DNA of 64,000 nucleotides, from NCBI RefSeq assembly GCF_022045235.1, contig NW_027266343.1, positions 372,001-436,000 on the forward strand. Direction: 5' to 3'. The notes beneath the pieces were generated by a model. It ran no database searches. It saw only the letters and a program-made list of their open reading frames with translations, and had not been told where the DNA came from. The stretch comes from Haliotis cracherodii (taxonomy: Eukaryota). This document shows, in pieces, positions 12,346 to 25,646 of this stretch. How positions within the stretch are numbered: position 1 is the stretch's first letter; each line of letters starts with the position of its first letter. A program made the translations under genes and the position numbers.

Positions 12346-12413
12346 GGCTGGGCTAGAGTTCCCACTGACATTTAATGAAGGGCATAAGCCCTGGTTGATG
12401 ACAAGATTACTAA

Positions 12414-12771
12414 TACTGTTTTCAACGTAATAAGCGCTCCGCTATAATAAGCGCCCACGGCGATATTTGCTAATATATTGGTTAGTGAACAATCCCAATT
12501 AGCACTCTTCCGATTGATCTATGTACACAAGACTTATTTATTCGTGTATGATACGCACTCGTGTGTTATATGCACCCTTAATTATGGGCAATTAAATTCT
12601 GGAAAAATATATCTGTCGTGTATAATACGCACAGACTTTTCTTTTGTATCATTTTAGGCCGTCAGCATAAACCACAAAATTTACGATCTCTCACCAAAAT
12701 TATATTCTAATAAGAGCTCCCTATTTCTAATTTTGAGAGCGCCCTGGGCGCTTATTATGTCGAATATGGTA
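12414..12771. mobile_element. TA-flanked Tc1/mariner-pogo-type MITE
   Basis: TACTGTTTTCAACGTAATAAGCGCTC / GGGCGCTTATTATGTCGAATATGGTA (20/26 inverted match); internal TATAATAxGCxC repeats. Confidence 0.65.
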
Positions 12772-13231
12772 TATGTTAACTGAGATATAGTAGGCCACAA
12801 TAAATTAATTATATTTTCATCCCAATATTTCCAAAATGAGAAATGGGAGGCATTTTATTTTTTAGGTATATATTAAAACCAACTGTTATGGGCATCGGAG
12901 TACATTACATGTCAACAGATGTGATTCACATGAAGCAGGACTGTTTGGTGCGACTAGGCATTTGGTGGTTTTATCAAGTAACAAAAGAAAATGCTCATAG
13001 TGATTTATTTTTATGGCTAAAACATGGAACCTTGAGAGAGCCACAATTATCATGCATCGTTAACTTTATCCTCAAGAACCGCGTTCATACTTCTTTGGCC
13101 TCTTATTCATATACAGAAGCTGACTATTTTTGTACTGCCCACCGAACACCTAGAAGTGTGACAGTGAGAGATGAATACAGTGAAAACATGGGTGTGGACA
13201 TATTTTTGCAACCAGTAGAAAAGTCTAGATG

Positions 13232-13407
13232 TACAGTGAACCCTTGTTATTCTGGATGTACATTTGCAAGTATGACCATCTGCATTAACGAATGTCTGGT
13301 TTAGTGAATCATTGTTAGCCAGTGATGTCCTTTGTATGTATTGAACATTCTGGAGTGCAAGGATTTCAGATTAACGAGGAGGTCCAGACTAACAAGGTGT
13401 CTGTGTA
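13232..13407. mobile_element. Degraded TACAGT-terminated MITE
   Basis: TACAGTGAACCCTTGTTATTCTGGA / TCCAGACTAACAAGGTGTCTGTGTA partial inverted match. Confidence 0.4.
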
Positions 13408-16295
13408 TAGATTGTCTGTGTATAGGTTGTTGGACTGGCTCATTCATTTGTTGTGTATATCATTAATAGTTGTTGTTTAGCTGTTACTTTTTATTTGTTA
13501 CAAAACCTGCATCTTTCCAATGCAAGGGCATTAACTGACTATAAAAGTCCAGTTTCCACCCTAGCTGAACTAGGCTGGAATTCCGGAATTACATTTTGCC
13601 TGGACTAACAACACTATGCATAGTCCAGTCAAAATCATGTAATGAACTAGACTTCTAGTTCGTTAAGAACATGGATTTAAACGTGCAGTTTTCGGTCAAC
13701 TGCAGGAATTGGCAAAGCATGTGTACCGCCAACTTGGCGTCATCAGAAAATTTGCAAATCATTTCAATGTTTTTAACCAAGGTGCTCAAGTGATTTGTTG
13801 CTCTTGGCAGGGTAAGACCCATTATATTACAATATTGATCTTGATTATCGATCAGATCATCTTAACTGGGTGCCGCCATTTTGTTTAAAGCAAATGCAAG
13901 TGATATGAGAGGTTTGGACACTAGGAGGGACATAACTCGCAATAGCCACCCGTGGAAAAACCAGTGACCTGTTCAATGTGAAAATGTTCCCCAGACTTCT
14001 CTCAACTGAATTTTACTGATCCAAATTCTTTTTGACGTTAATTGAAGGGTTGAGTGTTTTTTGTGCGCCATATTAAGATATGTTGTGATACAGAGGGATT
14101 TATCTCGACCTGCTCAGAGGCTGTTATTCACTCTAAGCCCGCAGCAAATGACTGCAAAAATTCTCAAATAGGAATTAAGAAATTCCCAGTTCATGTATAT
14201 ATAATATATAATATATATATATAATTATATAGTCATATAGGATCAATATATGGTAAGAGATTTCAATGCTTAGTAATGTCGTGTTATTGCTTTGAATGCA
14301 GTGTTAGAATACAATGATAAAAACCTCCGAAATTAGAAAATAAGAAGTTAAATAATATTTGATCTTAGAGCTACGACAATCTTATGTATTATTAACTATA
14401 CGCCCAGATGCTGCATGATATATTTTCGTGCTTGTCAAAAAGCTACATAGTTTAAATCAATGCAGCTGTGCTGTGAAGCCACTCTCTGAACACAGGAGAA
14501 CCGCATCGTGTATCCTATCATGATGAATGCATATTGGGGTGCACCAGTGCAGGTGAAACATTTCCTACTTAGGTATTTCTTAACTTGCTTTTCCTAATCA
14601 AATTTGAAAACTTTGAGTTGTCTGTTTTGAGGTTGTGTATTTTCAAGATGTGTTTGGGGATTTCCTGTTTACAGTTTCCTTTCTTAGATAAGAGAATAAT
14701 TAATTCTATTTTGTTGTCTCTTGTAAGATATTTGACAATAAGCAAGGTAAAAAATAGAAGACAAACATTATATGATCATGCTGAATGACGATCCTGGTTC
14801 AATACTTCAATATTTTTACAAACAATAAACAATATTTGTAGACAAATTATCCACATGTGATATAGAAACCATGTAAAATTGCCAAAATACTTTTTCAACA
14901 AATTAGCCAGTGACATTTTGTTGAATGAAGGTTGATGCTGTAAAGGAAGAAAAAACATCTGGCCATTATTCATATCTTCTATAGTACCCCATGTATATAG
15001 TTGTTATGTTCTGGTATTTATTTTTTGTATTGTGGTATAACCCAGACTACCAGTACATCCTGGGTAGTGTATATATTAGTAGGGGTCATGGCCTCTGTAA
15101 AGATCTATATTGTGAGACTGTTTGAATATGCCAAGATGAAAGTTTTTTCTATTGATTAGGTTTATGATGTTAATTTGTTCAGGAGCTCTCATGCTTCTCT
15201 GTGGTCAGGTGGATATAGATGTAGACTTGAATTCCAGTAAGGTTGCTGGTTGTGAGTTCTAACCCAGGTTTCAGCAATGAGTTTTTTTGTATAATCTGAA
15301 ATGTATATTGAAGCCTCAGTTTCACCTCTTCCTGTCATGTGATCAGGTGTGAGCACACAATCTCCATGCATTAGATGTACATGTGCTGTGTGATCCTCCA
15401 TGTTGTCTGCCGATTGTCACAGTCTGTATGAAAGTATGTTGGAGCACAAATTTTTCTAAACCTCGTCACTTCGTCACTGGAAGCATCATTTCAACGTTAA
15501 CAGTTCATGATGCAAACGAAACTTTCAGTGTGAAACGATTAACGATATGACGCTGACAATAAATTCCCTGTGATGCGAGCGTTTCAGAGTTTTTGGGTTC
15601 TTGCATCTACACTGTTTATCCAGACCACTGTTCCCAAGTTGTCTGGATAACCAAATTCAGGATTGACAGATGATGACTCCAGTGTAATACATACATTGCA
15701 AGTGATTCCATGGCATTTGATTGGCTAACCAATGGATTGGCCGTCCAACCAATTTACTCACATGAGCGCAACATTCTAAAATTTCCATGCTAAATTTCTG
15801 TGCCTATTCCAGATGTTACCTTGCCTTGTCAGTGTCAGTTCATGGAGACTAGATTTAAAAAATATAATCTCTTTCTTTTTCCACCTTATACTTGAGATAG
15901 AAAAACACATACAGTTGCTGATAAATCTGTGAACAAGGATTATGTTATCACTGAGGTCATCATAGAGTAACATGGTGCCGATCATTATCATGTGTGGGTT
16001 TTCCATGAGTAACGTTTATCTGTGAATAATATATTTGCAATATGATGTATTTTTCAATTTGATAAAAAACACAGCTTTCAAAACTTGTCACCAGTGAAGC
16101 TACATGTTTGTAGCTGTGTGGCTCAGCTGCATCACCCATCATCGTAAGTGCTTGTAGCAGCAGCAGTTTAGGTTTTGATGTCTCCTAAGGCAGGGGACGG
16201 CCAGTGGTAATGTATGGCTTGAAGTTACTGCCTATGGTATGACATTATGATCCACCAGTGTGTCTGCCTCAGACAACTTTCCATGACAGGCATTG

Positions 16296-16660
16296 ACTGA
16301 AATATTGCTGAGAACAATCGCTGAAATATGGCTGAAACAATCACCATGACATGGTTAAAATATTGCTGATTGCAGTCACTGTGACATGGTTGAAATATTG
16401 CTGATTGCAGTCGCCGTGACATGGCTAAAATATTGCTGACTGCAATCGCTTTGTTGTGACATGGCTGAAATATTGCTGACTGCAATCGTTGTGACATGGC
16501 TGAAATATTGCTGATTGCAATCGTCGTGACATGGCTGAAATATTGCTGACTGCAATCGCTGTGACATGGCTGAAATATTGCTGATTGCAATCGTCGTGAC
16601 ATGGCTGAAATATTGCTGACAGCAATCGTCGTGACATGGCTGAAATAATGCTGATAACAG
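16296..16660 (+). repeat. 35-bp minisatellite (GTGACATGGCTGAAATATTGCTGATTGCAATCGTC)n, about 9-10 copies
   Basis: Visible tandem units; explains the repetitive ORFs 16225..17007, 16376..16567 and 16425..16706. Confidence 0.92.
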
Positions 16661-17074
16661 TCATAATGACATTGCAGCAACATTGCAACTTCATTTGAAA
16701 CACCATTGTTGTTTTGTAATATATTTAATCTTAGTGTTAGATTTGCGTCTTTGAAACAACAATACCTCAATGAAGCCTTCGACAAGGGCACTTCTAATAC
16801 ACTCGCAATATAATCGTATGTCACTAATATAGAAGCAACACGATAAAACATGATGCATGAGTGATTCGACACACAAGAATACAGAAACTTGACATTGGAC
16901 ATTGATGAGGTTTTTGCCAGCATCAAGAGTCCCAAACAAAAGATGGTCAAGTAAAAGTGAGTCAAACAGAGTAGCCGTGTCTTTGGAACTCTTGTATATA
17001 CCTGCATTAATAATTAAATAATATCTATCCTAAGTATCCTCATATAAATATGTATATATACATATAGATATTAA

Positions 17075-17290
17075 GGGGACTGGTCATTTTGTCATGGGGG
17101 GGGGGGGGCCTTAGATATAGTGCTTTTGCATTTCGTCATGTTCAGTGGGTCATGAAAAAAATGTATAAGGACATGGGGAGGGTCATCCAAAAATATGATA
17201 AGAATAAGGTGTGGGTCATTATTTTCAGTACGTTAGTGCATCAACCACATCTGACCTACGCCCAACCCTCTGTAATAAATGACCGGTCCC
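17075..17290. mobile_element. PIF/Harbinger-like MITE
   Basis: TIR GGGACTGGTCATTT / AAATGACCGGTCCC flanked by TAA on both sides. Confidence 0.75.
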
Positions 17291-18146
17291 TAATGAAATG
17301 GCTCTCATGTTCATCACATCCTGTTTTTGTCTCACTGTGGTGTAATGCACAAGGGCAGGTAACTCTAACCAGCCTAGAAGTGGCATTGAGTTTGTGATCA
17401 CTGAGTTTCCAATAGGTCAGTTGAATGGCAAATTGTAGAACTGTTTACTTCATCAAGTTGATCCATGTATCATACAATCCTTTCTGTAATTTTGCAATGT
17501 TGTTTACCATAAATGTGACACAGCCAGTTTACATCCAGTGGGACGCATGAAGATCTGTGTCCTGTACACACAAATGTGTAAAATGGATCTCCCTCAAAAT
17601 ATACTCAGAGGGACAGACAATAATATTCATTGTACCAAATTCTTGACAAGACATATAAAGCTCCTGTAATTAAAGTAACTATTTAATCTTTCAGTACTCT
17701 CCACAATTTCATAGACTCATATCTCCTGTATGGACCCTAGAAATGAATAAGGCAAAACCCTGACCTCGGTATTATTTTGTCAAAACCAAGAAAAGGGGAT
17801 CAGTTGTTGTTTCTCTGAGGATTCTGCTACGATCAGATAATATCAGGTTCAAGGGAAAGTTGCTCACCATTGTGAAGGAGTAACAGTACAGTCTGAGTTC
17901 AGTTCTCTGACTCTTAGTTCCAGTGATATAAATGGGGTACAAGGCCACGCTGCCTGTTATTACTGATGTTGTGATGACTTGATTTCTTTGTAACCATGTG
18001 TCTTTCAGATACTTTGTATTCTTTGATTGTCTTACATTATTGAACCATACCATGCTGCGTGTATTGCATGTAAATATTGAAAGCAGTTTAATAAAATATT
18101 TACACTTTCCTGTCTCCTGGTTTGTTCTGGACCTGGTGAGGGGCTG

Positions 18147-20815
18147 AGAAGGCAATAGAGTGGTGATGATGACATGATGGGGGCAGAGGGAGGAGAAGGC
18201 AATAGAGTGGTGATGATGACATGATGGGGGCAGAGGGAGGAGAAGGCAATGGAGTGGTGATGATGACATGATGGGGGCAGAGGGAGGAGAAGGCAATGGA
18301 GTGGTGATGATGACATGACGGGGGCAGAGGGAAGGGAAGGCAATGGAGTGGTGATGATGACATGATGGGGGCAGAGGGAGGAGAAGGCAATGGAGTGGTG
18401 ATCATGGCATGATGGGAGCAGAGGGAGGAGAAGGCAATGGAGTGGTGATGATAACATGACGGGGGCAGAGGGAAGGGAAGGCAATGGAGTGGTGATGATG
18501 ACATGATGGGAGCAGAGGGAGGAGAAGGCAATGGAGTGGTGATGATGACATGATGGGGGCAGAGGGAGGAGAAGGCAATGGAGTGGTGATGATGACATGA
18601 TGGGGGCAGAGGGAGGAGAAGGCAATGGAGTGGTGATGATGACATGATGGGGGCAGAGGGAGGAGAAGGCAATGGAGTGGTGATGATGACATGATGGGGG
18701 CAGAGGGAGGAGAAGGCAATTGAGTGGTGATGATGACATGATGGGGGCAGAGGGAGGACAAGGCAATGGAGTGGTGATGAGGACATGATGAGGACAAGGC
18801 AATGGAGTGGTGATGATGACATGATGGGGGCAGAGGGAGGAGAAGGCAATGGAGTGGTGATGATGACATGATGGGGGCAGAGGGAGGAGAAGGCAATGGA
18901 GTGGTGATGATGACATGATGGGTACAGGGAGGACAAGGCAATGGAGTGGTGATGATGACATGATGGGGGCAGAGGGAGGAGAAGGCAATAGAGTGGTGAT
19001 GATAACATGACGGGGGCAGAGGGAAGGGAAGGCAATGGAGTGGTGATGATGACATGATGGGAGCAGAGGGAGGAGAAGGCAATGGAGTGGTGATGATGAC
19101 ATGATGGGGGCAGAGGGAGGAGAAGGCAATGGAGTGGTGATGATGACATGATGGGGGCAGAGGGAGGAGAAGGCAATGGAGTGGTGATGATGACATGATG
19201 GGGGCAGAGGGAGGAGAAGGCAATGGAGTGGTGATGATGACATGATGGGGGCAGAGGGAGGAGAAGGCAATTGAGTGGTGATGATGACATGATGGGGGCA
19301 GAGGGAGGACAAGGCAATGGAGTGGTGATGAGGACATGATGAGGACAAGGCAATGGAGTGGTGATGATGACATGATGGGGGCAGAGGGAGGACAAGGCAA
19401 TGGAGTGGTGATGATGACATGATGGGGACAGGGAGGTCAAGGCAATGGAGTGGTGATGATGACATGATGGGGACAGGGAGGACAAGGCAATGGAGTGGTG
19501 ATGATGACATGATGGGGGCAGAGGGAGGGGAAGGCAATGGAGTGGTGATGATGACATGATGGGGGCAGAGGGAGGAGAAGGCAATGGAGTGGTGATGATG
19601 ACATGATGAGGACAAGGCAATTGAGTGGTGATGATGACATGATGGGGGCAGAGGGAGGAGAAGGCAATGGAGTGGTGATGATGACATGATGGGGGCAGAG
19701 GGAGGACAAGGCAATGGAGTGGTGATGATGACATGATGGGGGCAGAGGGAGTAGAAGGCAATGGAGTGGTGATGATGACATGATGGGGGCAGAGGGAGGA
19801 GAAGGCAATGGAGTGGTGATGATGACATGATGGGGGCAGAGGGAGGAGAAGGCAATGGAGTGGTGATGATGACATGATGAGGGCAGAGGGAGGAGAAGGC
19901 AATGGAGTGGTGATGATGACATGATGGGGGCAGAGGGAGGACAAGGCAATGGAGTGGTGATGATGACATGATGGGGGCAGAGGGAGGAGAAGGCAATGGA
20001 GTGGTGATGATGACATGATGGGGGCAGAGGGAGGAGAAGGCAATGGAGTGGTGATGATGACATGATGGGGGCAGAGGGAGGACAAGGCAATGGAGTGGTG
20101 ATGATGACATGATGGGGGCAGAGGGAGTAGAAGGCAATGGAGTGGTGATGATGACATGATGGGGGCAGAGGGAGGAGAAGGCAATGGAGTGGTGATGATG
20201 ACATGATGGGGGCAGAGGGAGGAGAAGGCAATGGAGTGGTGATGATGACATGATGAGGGCAGAGGGAGGAGAAGGCAATGGAGTGGTGATGATGACATGA
20301 TGGGGGCAGAGGGAGGACAAGGCAATGGAGTGGTGATGATGACATGATGGGGGCAGAGGGAGGAGAAGGCAATGGAGTGGTGATGATGACATGATGGGGG
20401 CAGAGGGAGGGGAAGGCAATGGAGTGGTGATGATGACATGATGGGGGCAGAGGGAGGACAAAGCTATGGAGTGGTGATGATGACATGATGGGGGCAGAGG
20501 GAGGAGAAGGCAATGAAGTGGTGATGATGACATGATGGGTACAGGGAGGACAAGGCAATAGAGTGGTGATGATGACATGATGGGGACAGGGAAGACAAGG
20601 CAATGAAGTGGTGATGATGACATGATGGGGGCAGAGGGAGGAGAAGGCAATGGAGTGGTAATGATAACATGATGGGGGCAGAGAGAGGACAAGGCAATGG
20701 AGTGGTGATGATGACATGATGGGGGCAGAGGGAGGAGAAGGCAATGGAGTGGTGATGATGACATGATGGGGGCAGAGGGAGGAGAAGGCAATGGAGTGGT
20801 GATGATGACATGATG
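18147..20815 (+). repeat. 47-bp minisatellite AGAAGGCAATGGAGTGGTGATGATGACATGATGGGGGCAGAGGGAGG, about 57 copies
   Basis: Highly homogeneous tandem units, with a few shortened variants. Confidence 0.97.
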
Positions 20816-22403
20816 GCCGGGAATTGTTGGCAGTGCATGGAGAAGGGAGATAGATGACTGGTTAGGCTCTGGGGGAATTCAAGTTAGAAGTAGTCCACAC
20901 TGACCTGTGACTCTTGGAGAGGTGACTACATTCATTTGGTGAAATGGTGGTTTTCGAGTCATCATACTCAGATGTTGTTGGGAAGGGACGGTAGTGGGGA
21001 AGGAAGAGGATGGGAGTAGGGAAGGACGGTAGTCGGGATAGGAGATGATGGGAGTTGGGAAGGTAGAAGATGATGAGGGAGGGAGGGGATGGTAATAGGG
21101 AAGGGAGCGTTTGGAATAGACTGGGTGGTAGTGGGGAAGGGAGAGGTTGGGAGTGGTGGAATGGAGAGTGGGGAAGGGACAAGATGTCATTGGGGGAGAA
21201 GAGAATAATAATGGGGAATGGAGAGAATGGTAATGGGGAATTTAAAGGATGGTAGTGGGGAAGGGAGAGGTTTGTAGTGGGGAAGGGATAGTGGAATGGA
21301 GAGGGGGATACTGGGGAAGGGAGATGATTGGAGTGGGGAAGGTGAGAGAATGGGAGTGGGGAAGGTGAGAGGATTGGAGTGGGGAATGGAGAGGATGAGA
21401 GTGGGGAAGGTGCGGAAGGGAAAGGATGGGAGTGGGGAAGAGAGAGTATACGAGTGGAGAAGGGAGATGATGAGAGTGGGGAAGAGAGAGGATGGGAGTG
21501 GGGAAGGGAGAGGATGTTTATTGGGAAGGGATATGATGGTAGTGGGGAAGGTGAGATAATGGGAGTGGGGAATGGAGAGGATGACAGTAGGGAAGGGAAA
21601 GGATGGGAGTAGGGAAGGGAGAGAACGGGAGTGAGAAGGGAGCTGAACGGAGTAAAGATGGTATTGGGGAAGGGGACGATGGGAGTGGGGAAGGGAGATG
21701 ATGGGAGTAGAGAAGGGAGAAGATGCCAGTGAGGAAGGGAGAGGATGGTAGTGGGGAAGAGAAAACATGTTTATTGGGAAGGGACGTGATGGTAGTGGGG
21801 AAGGGAGAGGGTGTGGGGAGTGGGGAATGGAGAGAATGGGAGTGGGGAAGTGAGAGGATAGGAGTAGGGAAAGTGAGAGGATGCCAGTGGGGAATGGAGA
21901 GGGTGGTAGTGGGGAAGGTGAGAGGATTGGAGTGGGGAAGGGAGAAGATGAGAGAGGGGAAGAGAAAGGATGGGAGTGGAGAAGGGAGATGATGGTAATG
22001 GGGAAGGGAGGGAAAGGTATTTGGGAAGGGGAGGGTGGGAGTGGGGAAGGGAGGTGATGGGAGTAGAGAAGGGAGAGGATGGGATTGGGGAAGGGAGATG
22101 ATGGTAATGGGGAAGGGAGAGAAAGGTATTTGGGAAGGGGAGGGTGGGAGTGGGGAAGGGAGGTGAAGGTAGTGGGGAAGGGAGAGCATGGGAGTGGAGG
22201 AGGGAGATGATGTGGGGAAAATGGGGAAAGATGCCAGTGGGGAAGGGAGAGGTTGGTTGTGAGGAATGGAGAGTGGAAGGGAGAGGGGAACAGACAGGAT
22301 GTTTATTGGGAAGGGACATGATGGTAGTGAGGAAGGGAGAGGATGGTAGTGAGGAAGGGAGAGGATGGGAGTGGGAAAGGGAGAGGATGGAATTGGGGAA
22401 GGG

Positions 22404-22960
22404 AATTGAACTCGGCGACAACCACAACGGGGCGCGCTGACTTGGTTTGGTACAGCCGGCCTCCGTTGGGAGCGCCAAGTCGGGAGCACCCGGCGCCGAC
22501 CAGGCTTGGGAGCACTGGGTCCGACCGAGACGGGAGCACCCGTCAGCGGCCAGAACGGGACGCGCCAACTTGGCTTGGGTGCGCCGGCTTCCGACGGGAG
22601 CGCCAAGTCGGGAGCACCCGGCGCCGATAAGAAAGGGACTCGCCGACTTGGCTTGGGTGCGCCGAGTCCGCCCGACACGGGAACACCCGGCCCCGCCCAA
22701 AACGGGAATCGCCCACTTGGCTTGGGAGCGTCGGGTCCCGAGACGGGAGCTCCCGGCGGCAACCAGAACCGGACGCGCCGACTTGGCTTGGGTGTGCCAG
22801 CCACCGACGGGAGCGCCAAGTCGGGAGCACCCGGCGCCGATAAGAAAGGGACGCGCCGACTTGGGTCGGGGCCACTCCCGTGGAGACGACAGAGACAAGG
22901 CGAAATGCCCGTCACGCTTTGAACATCCTCGGAGAACATACCCCGGGGGTCGGGTTCACT
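22404..22960. repeat. CpG-rich island 1 (type A; mixed 69/78-bp subrepeats)
   Basis: Starts AATTGAACTCGGCGACAACCAC, ends GGGGTCGGGTTCACT; GACTTGG/CCAAGTC subrepeats. Confidence 0.9.
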
Positions 22961-24109
22961 GGGGTGGGGAATGGAGAGGATGAGAGCGGGCAAGAGAGAT
23001 GATTGGAGTGGGGAAGGTGAGAGAGTGGGAGTGGGGAAGGGAGAGGTTGGTTGTGGGGAAGGTGAGAGGATGGGAGTGGGGAAGGGTGAGGATGGGAGTG
23101 GGGAAGGTGAGAGGATGGGAGCAGGTGAAGGTGAGAGAATTGGAGTGGAAAAGGGAGACAATGGGAATCGGGAAGGGAGAGGATGGTATTGGGAAATGTC
23201 AGAGGATGGGAGCATGGAAGGTGAGAGGATAGGAGTGGGGAATGGAGAAGATGAGGGTACGAAGGGAGCTGATGGGATTGGGGAAGGGAGATGATGGTAA
23301 TGGGGAAGGGAGGGAAAGGTATTTGGGAAGGGGAAGATGGGAGTGGGGAAGGGATATGATTGGAGTAGAGAAGGGAGGGGATTGTAATGGGGAAGGGAGA
23401 TGAAGGTAGTGGGGAAGGGAGAGAATGGAAGTGGGGAATGGAAAGGATGACAGTAGGGAAGGGAAAGGATGGGAGTAGGGAAGGGAGAAAACGGGAGTGA
23501 GAAGGGAGCTGAACGGAGTAAAGATGGTAATGGGGAAGGGAGAGGAAGGTATTGGGGAAGGGGACGATGGGAGTTGGGAAGGGATATGATGGGAGTAGAG
23601 AAGGGAGAAGATGCCAGTGAGGAAGGGAGAGGGTGGTAGTGAGGAATGGAGAGGGTGGTAGTGGGGAAGAGACAACATGTTTATTGGGAAGGGACATGAT
23701 GGGAGTGGGGAAGGGATATGATGGGAGTAGAGAAGGGAGAGGATGGGATTGGGGAAGGGAGATGATGGTAATGGGGAAGGGAGGGAAAGGTATTTTGGAA
23801 GGGGAGGGTGGGAGTGGGGAAGGGATATGATGGGAGTAGAGAAGGGAGAGGATGGTAATGGGGAAGGGAGGTGAAGGTAGTGGGGAAGGGAGAGAATGGG
23901 AGTGGAGAAGGGAGATGATGTGGGGAAAATGGGGAAAGATGCCAGTGGGGAAGGGAGAGGGTGGTAGTGAGGAATGGAGAGGGAGGTAGAGGGGAACAGA
24001 CAGGATGTTTATTGGGAAGGGACATGATGGTAGTGAGGAAGGCAGAGGATGGTAGTGAGGAAGGGAGAGGATGGGAGTGGGAAAGGGAGAAGATGGGATT
24101 GGGGAAGGG

Positions 24110-24637
24110 AATTGAACTCGGCGACAACCACAACGGGACGCGCTGACTCGGTTTGGTACAGCCGGCCTCCGACGGGAGCGCCAAGTCGGGAGCACCCGGC
24201 GCCGATAAGAAAGGGACTAGCCGACTTGGCTTGGGAGCGCCGGCCTCCGACGTGAGCGCCAAGTCGGGAGCACCGGGCGCCGATAAGAACCGGACGCGCC
24301 GACTTGGCTTGGGTGCGCCGGCCTCCGACGGGAGCGCCAAGTCGGGAGCACCCGGCGCCGATAAGAACCGGACGCGCCGACTTGGCTTGGGTGCGCCGGC
24401 CTCCGACGGGAGCGCCAAGTCGGGAGCACCGGGCGCCGATAAGAACCGGACGCGCCGACTTGGCTTGGGTGCGCCGGCCTCCGACGGGAGCGCCAAGTCG
24501 GGAGCACCCGGCGCCGATAAGAACGGGACGCGCCGACTTGGGTCGGGGTCACTCCCGTGGAGACGACAGAGACAAGGCGAAATGCCCGTCACGCTTTGAA
24601 CATCCTCGGAGAACATACCCCGGGGGTCGGGTTCACT
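24110..24637. repeat. CpG-rich island 2 (type A; five near-identical 78-bp subrepeats)
   Basis: 78-bp period, e.g. GACTTGG at 24301 and 24379. Confidence 0.9.
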
Positions 24638-25646
24638 AGGGTGGGGAATGGAGAGGATGAGAGCGGGCAAGAGAGATGATTGGAGTGGGGAAGGTGAGAG
24701 AGTGGGAGTGGGGAAGGGAGAGGTTGGTTGTGGGGAAGGGGAGAGGATGGGAGTGGGGAAGGGTGAGGATGGGAGTGGGGAAGGTGAGAGGATGGGAGCA
24801 GGTGAAGGTGAGAGAATTGGAGTGGAAAAGGGAGACAATTGGAATCGGGAAGAGAGAGGATGGTAGTGGGGAAGGGACAGAATGGGAGTAGGGAAGGGAG
24901 AGGGTGGGAGTGCAGAACGGACAGGATGGGAGTGGGGAAGAGAGAGGACGGGAGCGGAGAAGGGAGATGATGGGAGTAAAGAAGGGAGAAGATGCCAGTG
25001 GGGAAGGGAGAGGGTGGTAGTTGGGAAGGTGAGAGAATCGGAGTGGAGAAAGGAGAAGTTGAGAGTGGGGAAGAGAGAGGATGAGAATGGGGAAGGGACA
25101 GGATATTTATTGGGAAGGGATATGATGGTAGTGGGGAAGGGAGAGGATGGTAGTTGGAAAAGGAGAGGATGTGAGTAGGGAAGGGAGAGGATGGGAGTGG
25201 GGAATGGAGAGCATGAGAGTGGGGAAGGGAGAGGATGAGAATGGGGAAGGGACAGGATATTTATTGGGAAGGGATATGATGGTAGTGGGGAAGGGAGAGG
25301 ATGGTAGTTGGAAAAGGAGAGGATGTGAGTAGGGAAGGGAGAGGATGGGAGTGGGGAATGGAGAGCATGAGAGTGGGGAAGGGAGAGGATGGGAATGGGG
25401 AAGGGAGGTGAAGGTAGTGGGGAAGGGAGAGAATGGGAGTGGAGAAGGGAGATGATGTGGGGAAAATGGGGAAAGATGCCAGTGGGGAAGGGAGAGGGTG
25501 GTAGTGAGGAATGGAGAGGGAGGTAGAGGGGAACAGACAGGATGTTTATTGGGAAGGGACATGATGGTAGTGAGGAAGGCAGAGGATGGTAGTGAGGAAG
25601 GGAGAGGATGGGAGTGGGAAAGGGAGAGGATGGGATTGGGGAAGGG

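Noticed and set aside
15189-15423. 70-aa - strand ORF behind a plausible acceptor
   Set aside because: In-frame stop between the acceptor and the ATG, and no recognisable motif; at most a UTR exon.
16296-16660. CRISPR-like spacing of 35-bp repeats (also considered for the 78- and 103-bp arrays)
   Set aside because: No unique spacers, no cas genes, and a eukaryotic intron-containing context.
18032-20838. His/Cys/Pro-rich ORFs up to 919 aa (possible metal-binding protein)
   Set aside because: Translation of a 47-bp minisatellite; the same peptide appears in all frames; no signal peptide or exon structure.
22404-22960. rRNA coding sequence or an autonomous mobile element in the GC islands
   Set aside because: No recognisable 18S/5.8S/28S/5S motifs, and no TIR, LTR, TSD or enzyme ORF; only a spacer-like architecture can be argued.
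24153-24599. 26-aa repeat ORF (ASDGSAKSGAPGADKNRTRRLGLGAP)
   Set aside because: 78 is divisible by 3, but several frames on both strands are open because of high GC, and other islands carry frame-breaking 14-bp duplications.
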